The position numbers and the translations under genes were made by a program. Below the pieces are notes generated by a model, which worked only from the letters and a program-made list of their open reading frames with translations, was not told where the DNA came from and did no database searches. A stretch of DNA of 20,000 nucleotides from Chiloscyllium plagiosum (taxonomy: Eukaryota), in assembly GCF_004010195.1 (NCBI RefSeq), contig NC_057711.1, forward strand, positions 80,245,850 through 80,265,849, given 5' to 3'. The first letter of the stretch is position 1. Every line of letters begins with the position of its first letter. Shown here piece by piece: positions 1 through 7,948 of the stretch.

Positions 1-826
1 GGGCTGAGAAGTGGCAGTTGGAGTTTAATTCAGATAAATGTGAGGGGATGCATTTTGGGAAAGCAAATCTTAGCAGGACTTACACACTTAATAGTAAGGT
101 CCTTGGGAGAGTTGATGAACAAAGAGACCTTGGAGTGCAGGGTTCATAGCTCCTTGAAAGTGGAGTCGCAGGTAGATAGGATAGTGAAGAAGGCGTTTGG
201 TATGCTTTCCTTTATTGGTCAGAGTATTGAGTACAGGAGTTGGGAGGTCATGTTGCGGCTGTACAGGACATTGATCAGGCCACTTTTGGAATATTGCGTG
301 CAATTCTGGTCTCCTTCCTATTGGAAAGATGTTGTGAAACTTGAAAGGGTTCAGAAAAGATTTACAAGGATGTTGCCAGGGTTGGAGGATCTGAGCTACA
401 GGGAGAGGCTGAATAGGCTGGGGCTGTTTTCCCTGGCGCGTCGGAGGCTGAGGGTGACCTTATAGAGGTTTACAAAATTAAACCTGAGGGGCATGGATAG
501 GATAAATAGACACAGTCTTTGCCCTGGGGTCGTGGAGTCCAGAACTAGAGGTCATAGGTTTAGGGTGAGAGGGGAAAGATATAAGAGTGACCTAAGGGGC
601 AACGTTTTCAGGCAGAGGGTGGTACGTGTATGGAATGAGCTGCAAAGGATGTGGTGGAGGCTGGTACAATTGCAACATTTAAGAGGCATTTGGATGGGTA
701 CATGAATAGGAGGGATATGGGCCGAGTGCTGGCATGTGGGACTAGATTGGGTTGGGATATCTGGTCGGCATGGATGGGTTGGACTGAAGGGTCTATTTCC
801 ATGCTGTACATCTCTATGACTCTATA
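1..826 (+). mobile_element. CR1-clade LINE, 3' portion (C-terminus of ORF2 RT + 3'UTR + microsatellite tail); continues left of the window
   Basis: ORFs 40..465 and 493..705 give the CR1 ORF2 C-terminal signature (LYRTLIRPLLEYCVQFWSP...LERVQKRFTRMLPGL...LGLFSLARRRLR; SRTRGHRFRVRG...RVVRVWNEL), frameshifted. Ends in ATGCTGTACATCTCTATGACTCTATA (801-826), an 8-mer (CTCTATGA)-type CR1 tail. Confidence 0.95.
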
Positions 827-1084
827 ATTTCCCATGTACAAAGCCATGCTGACTATCCCTAGTCAGTCCTTGATCTTCCAAATACAGGTAAATCCTATCC
901 CTCAGGATTCCCTCCAACAACTTGCCCACTACCGCTGTTAGGTTCACTGGCCTATAGTCCCCTGGCTTTTCCTTACCACCTTTCTTAAATAGTGGCACCA
1001 CGTTAGTCAACCTCCAGTCTTCTGGCACCTCACCTGTGACTATCAATTATCCAAATATTTTAGCAAAGGGCCCAGCAATCACTT
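827..1084 (-). mobile_element. CR1 LINE ORF2 fragment (start of RT domain); segment 1 of the nested minus-strand CR1
   Basis: ORF 822..1046: TGEVPEDWRLTNVVPLFKKGGKEKPGDYRPVNLTAVVGKLLEGILRDRI...SQHGF, the typical CR1 RT N-terminal region. Truncated on the left by the plus-strand CR1 tail. Confidence 0.93.
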
Positions 1085-2925
1085 AGTCGAAAATGAGGAC
1101 AGCAGAAGTTGGAGGTCAGAGTCAAGATTAGAGTGGTGCTGGAAAAGCACAGCAGGTCAGACAGCATATAAGGAGCAGGACAATCGACGTTTCGGGCAAA
1201 TGCCCTTCATCAGAATGAAGCAGGGAGACTCTGGGATGGAGGGATAAATGGAAGGGCAGTGGGGCTGGAGAGAAGGAAGCTAAGAGTGCAATAGGTGGAT
1301 GGAGGTGAGGATGAAGGTGATATGTCGGAGAGGAGGGTGGAGCGGATATTTGGGAAGGAAGATTGACAGGTGAGACAGGTCATGATGGATGTGGAAGGCT
1401 CCTTTGGAGCCTTGGATGGAGGTGAGGGTGGAGGTGTGGCCGCAGATTTTGCAATTCCTGCGGAGGCAGGGGAGGTTGCCAGGACGAGAAGGTGGGTTGT
1501 TGGTGGGCGGGGACCTGACCAGGTAGTCCGGAGGGAACGGTCTTTGCGGAAAGTGGGTAGGGGTGGGGAGGGAAATATATCCCTGGTGGTGGGGTCCGTT
1601 TGTAGGTGGCGGAAATGTCGGTGGATGATGCGGTTTATGTGAAGGTTGGTAGGGTGGAAGGTGAGGACCACAGGGGTTCTGTCCTTGTTGCAGTTAGAGG
1701 GGTGGGGTTTGAGGGCGGAGGTGCGGGACGTGAATGAGATGCGTTGGAGGGCATCTTTAACCACGTGGGAAGCGAAATTACAGTCTTGAAAGAAGGAGGC
1801 CATCTGGTGTGTTCTGTGGTGGAACTGGTCCTCCTGGGAGCAAATACGGTGGAGGCAGAGGAATTGGGAATATGGGATAACATTTTTGCAGGAGGTAGGG
1901 TGGGAAGAGGTATAATCCAAGTAGCTGTGGGAGTCGGTGGGTTTGTAAAAAATATCAGTGTTGAGTCAGTTGTCATTGATGGAGATGGAAGCGGAGGGAG
2001 GCATCAGAGATGGTCCAGGTGAATTTAAGTTCAGGGTGGAATGTGTTGGTGAAGTTGATGAACTGCTTAACCTCCTTGTGGGAGCATGAGGTGGGGCTGA
2101 TGCAGTCATCAATGTAGCGGAGGAAGAGGTGGGGAGTGGTGCTGGTGTAACTACGGAAGATGGATTGTTCTACGTAGCCAACAAAGAGACAGGCACAGCT
2201 GGGGCCCATGTGTGTGCCCATGGCTATCCCTTTGGTCTGGAGGAAGTGGGAGGATTCAAAGGAGAAATTGTTAAGGGTGAGGACCAGTTCAGCCAAACGA
2301 ATGAAAGTGTCGGTGGAGGGGTACTGTTGGGGACGTCAGGAGAGGAAGAAACGGAAGGCTTGGAGGCCCTGGTCATGGCGGATGGAGGTGTAGAGGGACT
2401 GTATATCCATGGTGAAGATGGAGTTGGGGGCTGGCGAAATGGAATTCTTGGAGGAGGTGGAGGCCGTGGGTGGTGTTTACAATGTACGTGGGGAATTCCT
2501 GGACTGGGGGATAGGACAGTATCAAGGTGGGTGGAGATGAGTTCAGTGGGGCAGGAGAAAGCTGAGACAATGGGTCAGCTGGGGTAGTTGGGCTTGTGGA
2601 TCTTGGGAAGGAGATAGAATCGGGTAGTGTGGCATTCCCAAACTATGAGGTTAGAAGCTGTGGGTGGGAGATCTCCTGAGGTGATGAGGTTGTGTATGGT
2701 CTGGGAGATTATGGTTTGATGATGGAGGGTGGGGTCATGGTCGAGAGGGCAGTAGGAGGAGGTGTGTTCGAGTTGGTGCTTGGTCTTAGCGGTATAGAGG
2801 TCAGTGCACCAAACTACCACTGCACCCCTTTTATCTGCTGGTTTGATGGTGAGGTTGGGATTGGATTTTCCTGCTCCTTGGATGCTGCCTAACCTGCTGT
2901 GCTTTTCCAGGATCACTCTAATCTT
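1085..2925 (-). mobile_element. Penelope-like retroelement 1 (Neptune-type), 5'-truncated, frameshifted RT, GIY-YIG domain deleted
   Basis: Minus ORFs: 2575..2916 (TIKPADKRGAVVVW...RFYLLPKIHKP), 1973..2296 (NNFSF...QTKGIAMGTHMGPSCACLFVGYVEQ...FLRYIDD...FHPELKFT), 1210..1920 (DYTSSHP...IPYSQFL..RICS). Cys linker PCLRRNCKICGH near 1436-1472. 3' pLTR with hammerhead. Flanked by GGCCCAGCAATCACTT (1069-1084) and GGCCGAGCAATCACTT (2926-2941). Confidence 0.93.
1182..1216 (-). ncRNA. Minimal type-I hammerhead ribozyme in the PLE-1 pLTR
   Basis: Minus strand reads ATT-CTGATGA-A-GGGC-ATTT-GCCC-GAAA-C-GTC^GATT: conserved CUGAnGA and GAAA boxes, 4-bp stem II, palindromic ACGT stem III, GUC cleavage triplet (cut between 1186 and 1185). 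Confidence 0.85.
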
Positions 2926-2926
2926 G
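2864..2926 (+). repeat. Inverted partial pLTR at the 5' junction of PLE-1
   Basis: The reverse complement of 2864-2926 matches 1123-1185 at 56/63 positions by eye alignment. Confidence 0.92.
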
Positions 2927-5070
2927 GCCGAGCAATCACTTTCCTAGCTTCCCACAGAGTTCTATGATACACCTGATCAGGTCTCATGGACCTAGCCACC
3001 TTTATATATTTTAAAAGACATCCAGCAACTTCTCATCTGTAATATGGATATTTTTCGATATGTCACTATTTCCCCATGTTCTATAATATCCATATCTATA
3101 AACACAGATACAAAATACTGGTTTAGTATCTCCCCTATCTCCTTCCGTTCCACACATAGGTGGTCTTGTTGATGTTTAAGTTGCCCTATTCTCTCCCTAG
3201 TTACCCTTTTGTCCTTAATGTATTTATAAAATCTCTTTGGATTCTCCTTACTCCTGTTTGCCAAAGTTATGTCCCCTTTTTGCCCTCCTGATTTCCCTCT
3301 TAAGTATACTCCTACTGCCTTTATGTTTTCTAAGGATTCACTCAATCCCTGTTGTCTATACCTGACATATACTTCCTTCATTTTCTTGACCAAAACCTCA
3401 ATTTCTCTAGTCATTTTGCATTCCCTACACCTACCAGCCTTGCCCTTTACCCTTGTCTCTGGACTTTTGTTCTCTCATTTTTGAAGGTTTCCCATTTTCC
3501 AGCCGACCCCTTACCTGAAAACATCTGCCCCCAATCAACTTTTGAAAGTCCTTGCTGAATTCTGTCAAAATTGGTCTTCTTCCCATGTAGAACTTTAACT
3601 CTTAGATCTGTTCTATCCCTTTCTAGAACTATTTAAAAACTAATAGAATTATGGTCGCTGGCCCCAAATTGCTCCCCGCACCCACCACTGACACTTCAGT
3701 CATCTGCCCTGCCTTATTTCCCAAGAGTAGGTCAAGTTTTGCACTTTGTCTACTAGGTACATCCTACTGGATCAAAAAATTTTCTTGTACATATAACAAA
3801 TTCCTCTCCATCCAAGCCTTTAAAATGATGGCAGTCCTAGTCTATGTTTGGAAAGTTAAAATTACCTATGTTAACCACCCAATTATTCTTAAAGATAGCT
3901 GAGATCCCTTATAAATTTGTTTCTCAATTTCCTGCCAACTATTAGGAGCTCTATAATACAATCCCAATAAGGTGATTGTCGCTTTCTTATTTCTTAGTTG
4001 CAGCCAAATAACTACTCTGGATGTATTCCCAGGAATATCCTCCCTGAGTATAGCTATATTGTTATCCCTTATCAAAAACACCACCTCCCCCCTCCTCTCT
4101 TGAGCCCCTTTCTATCTTTCCTAAAGTATCTGTATCCTGGAACATTAAGCTGCCAGTCCTGTCCATCCCTGAGCCATGTTTCTGTAATTGCTATGATATC
4201 CTAGTCCCATGTTCCTAACCATGCCCTGAGTTCACCTGCCTTCCCTGTTAGGCCTCTTGCATTGAAATAAATGCAGTTTAATTTATCAGTCCTACCTTGT
4301 TCCCTGCTTTGTTCCTGCCTGACATGACAGTCTTGCTCCTTTTCCCAACCATACCAGTTGCAGATTGATTTATATTCTCACTATCTCCCTAGTTCCCATT
4401 AACCCACCCAGCTGCCATCATTACTAGTTCAAATCCTCCCAACCAGCTGAAGCAAATTTCCCTGTTGGTATATTAGTCCACTTCCAATTCAGGTGCAATC
4501 CATTCTTCTTGTACAAATCACTTCTACCCCAAAGAGATTCCAATGATCCAAAACTGTGAATCCTTCTCCCCTGCACCAGTTCCTTAGCCATGCGTTCATC
4601 TGGTCTATCCTCCTATTCCTACCCTCACTAGCTTGTGGCACCAGTCGTAATCCAGATATTACTGCCCTTGAGGACCTCCTTTTTAAATTCCTGCCTAACT
4701 ACCTATATTCTCTCCTTAGAGTCTTATACTTTTCTTTTCCTATGTTGTTAACTGGAATGTGTACACAGACCTTTTGCGGGTCCCTCTCCCTTTTGAGAAT
4801 ATTCTGCACCCTCTCTGAGAGATCCTTGATCCTGGCACCAAGGAGGTAACATACCATTCTGATTTCTCGCTGTCAGCCACAAAGACATCTGTCTGTGCTT
4901 CTGACTGGAGAATCACCTACCACTATCAATTACTTGGAACCTGATGTACTCCTTATTACAGTAGAACCAGGCTCAGCATCAGAAACCTGGCTGTCTGTGC
5001 TACATTCCTCTGAGAATCCATCACCCCCTACATTTTCCAACAAAAACATTCTTGTTTGAGATGGGGATAT
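2926..5070 (-). mobile_element. CR1 LINE segment 2: ORF1 SGNH/GDSL esterase region and ORF2 APE endonuclease/linker (decayed)
   Basis: Minus ~4140-4282 reads LNCIYFNARGLTGKAGELRAWLGTWD*DIIAITETWLRDGQDWQLNVPG (APE N-terminus). ORF 3866..4084 has LLGLYYRAPNS; ORF 2992..3414 has KENPKRFYKYIKDKRVTRERIG. Minus ~4500-4925 reads VGDSPVRSTDRCLCG...GARIKDLSERVQNILK...RNRRIDQMNAWLRNWCRGEGF (SGNH esterase of CR1 ORF1). Confidence 0.92.
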
Positions 5071-5157
5071 GATGTGGAGGAACCGTGATTAGACTGGGGT
5101 GGACAAAGTTAAAAATCACACAACACCAGGTTATAGTCCAACAATTTTATTTGGAAG

Positions 5158-5192
5158 TACAAGCTTTCAGAGCACTGCTCCTTCATCAGGTA
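5158..5192 (-). ncRNA. Minimal hammerhead ribozyme in the PLE-2 pLTR
   Basis: Minus strand reads TAC-CTGATGA-A-GGAGC-AGT-GCTCT-GAAA-G-CTT^GTA: core boxes intact, 5-bp stem II (terminal G-U), palindromic AAGCTT stem III, 3-bp stem I (TAC/GTA), CUU triplet fits the NUH rule. Confidence 0.8.
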
Positions 5193-5589
5193 GCTAGTGG
5201 GACACATAATGTATAGTAAAAGATTAAAGTGTCATACAACTATGCAATGTATTGAGCAAACCGAGATTGCTGTTAAGTCTTCAATCATTTAGAATGGGGA
5301 TGCAGGTTTTGAATCATTAATATGTAAATCCCAGAATTTCTTTCAAGTCACATTCCCAAGATAACTTGAGGTTTAATAAAAAGATACATCCCAACTCAGG
5401 CAATGCATTAAAGGTGTGAGGTTAGAGTTTATGTGTATTTCAACCTTGGGTCAAACCAGTTCTATTTCCAAAGTAGGAATTTATAAAATGTCACATTGAC
5501 TGATTGCCTACAGATCGTATGCACTTTGACCAAAATAGAATGTATCTGCAAATACAAATCTGCAAATACAAATTCACCCCATAGACTTA

Positions 5590-5820
5590 TATGTATGCAT
5601 GTGTGAGGGAGAGAGAGGAGAGAGAGTCTGTGTGTATGGGAGACAGAAGAGTGTGTTGCGCATGTTTGTGATGGAGTGTATGCCTTTGAGTGGGTGTGCG
5701 CATAAGAGTGTATGTGTGTGTGTGCCAGTGTATGTATGAGAGAGTCTGCGTGAGTGTGTGACTGTGATTGTCTGTAAGAGTGTGTACGCATGTGTGCTTG
5801 TGTCTAAGCGTGTGTATAGT
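5590..5820. repeat. Degenerate (GT)n/(GA)n microsatellite inside the PLE-2 3'UTR
   Basis: Runs such as GTGTGAGGGAGAGAGAGGAGAGAGAGTCTGTGTGT and GTGTATGTGTGTGTGTG; explains the His/Thr-rich ORF 5462..5791. Confidence 0.85.
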
Positions 5821-6550
5821 ATAGTGGGGTCACCTGTAGTGTGACATGAACCCAAAGTCCCGGTTAAGACCATCCTCATGGGTACTAACCTTGGCATCAG
5901 CCTCTGCTCGGCCGCTCTGCGTTGTTGTATATCCTGAAATCCACCTTGGAGGATGGTCACCTGAAGAACTGAGACTGAATGTCCCTGACCGCCGAAGTGT
6001 TCCCCGACTGGGAGGGAACATCTCTGGTGATTGTTGCGCGGTGTCCATTCATCCCTTGCCATAGCGTCTGCTTGATCTTGACAATGTACTATGCCTTGGG
6101 GCATCCTTGCCTGTAGATGGACATTGGTTGAGTCACATGAGTACCTGCTGCATTCATGGTGGATGGTGTCCCCACGGGTAATGGTAGTATCCATATCGAT
6201 ACTCTGACACGTCTTGCAGTGGTTGTATGACAGAGTTGTATGGTATTGTGGTTGATGTTGTGATGAAGGGGGTGCACTTTGCTGTGAACACTGGTCCGTT
6301 TAAGGTTTGGTAGTTGTTTAAAGGTGAGAAGTGGTGGCATGGGAAAAGTCTTGGTGAGGTGCTCATCCTCCTCGATAATGCCTTGTAGGCTGAGAATAAC
6401 ATGGCTTAGTTTCTCTGTTCCCGGCAAGTACTGGACAACAAAGGTTACCCTATTGGTCATTTCCCATGTCTGTCTCCTGAGGAGGTCATTACCGTTTCTC
6501 AATGTGGCACATCAGAACTGGCGATCAATGAGTTGGGCATTGTATTCTGT

Positions 6551-7104
6551 CGGACTCCTACACTCTCTCTCCTATCTTTCCTGGCTGTAACCCATCTACT
6601 TGACTGTTTCTGTGTTTTTTTCTCCCTTCCTGTGGCTGCCGTTCATCACACCCTCTAACATTTGTAAATTTCTCATTACCTCTAACTGCTGCTCCAAACT
6701 GATCCAAGCGATCCAATAGAATTTGCAACCAAACACATTTCCTACGAATATAACCATCAGTAACATGGAAACTCTCCCTAATCTCCCACATCTGATGGGA
6801 GGAGCACATCACACTACTAAACACCATCTTTGCACCTTAACAATCTACAGACCCAGAAAATAGCATGGCTTTACTGCTCTAAAAAACACTGCTCCAAGCT
6901 AACTTAGTAGCTATGCTTTTTATTTTTAAAATTTAATCAAGAAACAGATCTCAGTGAAATACATAATCAAAAAAGAACCCCATCTACTCCCTATTGTAGC
7001 TTTACAAAATAAACATCATGGTTACACTTTAAAAAGCCACTTAGCTGCTCCCCTGCTGTGAGCTCTCCCACACAGGTTTCTCCAAGGTCAACTGTGAATT
7101 TTTA
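6551..7104 (-). mobile_element. CR1 LINE segment 3: ORF1 N-terminus (zinc finger/leucine zipper) and 5'UTR
   Basis: ORF 6558..6827 MVFSSVMCSSHQMWEIRESFHVTDGYIRRKCVWLQILLDRLDQ fits the CR1 ORF1 pattern CxxCxMW...YxCxKCxxLxLLxDRxxxL with two Cys mutated. Same strand as segments 1-2 and collinear with them. The 5'UTR may extend past the SINE to ~7730 (uncertain). Confidence 0.8.
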
Positions 7105-7402
7105 TTTCGATTCCCATCAGTGTGGAAACAGGCCCTTCGGCCCAACCAGTCCACACTGACACCTCCGAAGAGTAACCCACTCAGACCTATTTCCCTCTGA
7201 CTAATTAATATAGCACTATGGAACAATTTAGCATAGCAAATTCACCTAACCTGCACATCTTTGGACTGTGGGAGGAAACCGGAGCACCCAGCGGAAACCC
7301 ACACAAACCCAGAGAGAATGTGCAAACTCCACACAGTCACCCGAGGCTGGAATTGAACCTGGGAGGCATCAGTGCTAACCACTTGAGCCACTGTGCCACC
7401 GA
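7105..7402 (-). mobile_element. HE1-like tRNA-derived V-SINE
   Basis: Minus strand: GGTGGCACAGTGGCTCAAGTGGTTAGCACTG (A box), GGTTCAATTCC (B box), V-domain-like TGTGTGGAGTTTGCACATTCTC...CCTCCCACAGTCCAAAGATGTGCAGG, CR1-like tail GGGCCTGTTTCCACACTG. Confidence 0.9.
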
Positions 7403-7856
7403 ATGATTTTTGCTGTTTGTTAAATTTTCTTAAACAAACTCCAATGTCTAGAGCTACATGAAATCAAACAGCAGAGGCAGTAGCTGTGCAGATTCGCTGC
7501 TGGATCAGACAGCCGTGCAGATTTCTTTCAGGTTTTGAAATACTTCCCATGTGGTCATTGCCACTACTTTTGTCTGTCTTCCTCCTTTTGTAAAGTGCCG
7601 TTATTTTGATCTTTGTTCGTCCCGAAGTTCCAAATCAATGCAACGGCTTATAAAACAGTAACTGCTGCTCCTAGAACTTGAGGAATTCAGCTCCAACATT
7701 GAAAAACAGCTCTGACAGCCACAATTTTTTCTGTCAATATGATAATTCTCTGAGGTTCTGGTCCTGAAACTACCTTTTTTGACATAGTTGAATGGATGAG
7801 TTTAATCCATTATTTCATCTTAGGCCAGACAAGATTCAGGTTTCTTCATTCAAACA

Positions 7857-7948
7857 TTTATTTATACATGCATGGATATGGACATATAAAAAATGGCATA
7901 TGAATCAAATTTTTAATACACAAACATAGGTTTTGTACAATATTTACA
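7857..7948 (-). promoter_or_regulatory. Candidate mRNA 3'-end signals (polyadenylation signal with UGUA and Pumilio-type motifs)
   Basis: Minus strand has ATGTATAAATAAA (AATAAA at 7862-7857) and TGTAAATATTGTACA (7948-7934) in AT-rich unique sequence. Motif evidence only. Confidence 0.3.

Larger units (their letters stand above)
5071..6550 (-). mobile_element. Penelope-like retroelement 2 (different family), 5'-truncated: end of RT/thumb, Cys linker, decayed GIY-YIG endonuclease, 3'UTR and pLTR
   Basis: ORF 6089..6502 (RVTFVVQYLPG..KL...PPLLTFKQLPNLK). Across frames: HCKTCQ...RYSCDSTNV..RQGCPKA*YIV..KQTL..MNGHR...LPVGEHF...HSVSVLQVTILQGG...RRAAEQRL...THEDGLNRD, the PLE GIY-YIG pattern. Hammerhead-bearing terminus at 5071-5195. 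Confidence 0.9.

Noticed and set aside
1370..2892. Gly/Val-rich plus-strand ORFs (1370..1642, 1744..2022, 2129..2587, 2208..2393, 2692..2892)
   Set aside because: Antisense shadows of the C-rich minus-strand PLE RT; no independent protein motifs.
5462..5791. His/Thr-rich 109-aa ORF
   Set aside because: Translation of a degenerate (CA)n microsatellite.
5055..6565. Target-site duplication for PLE-2
   Set aside because: Flanks (GAGATGGGGATAT / GGACTCCTACACT) show no direct repeat; the CR1 resumes without an obvious duplication.
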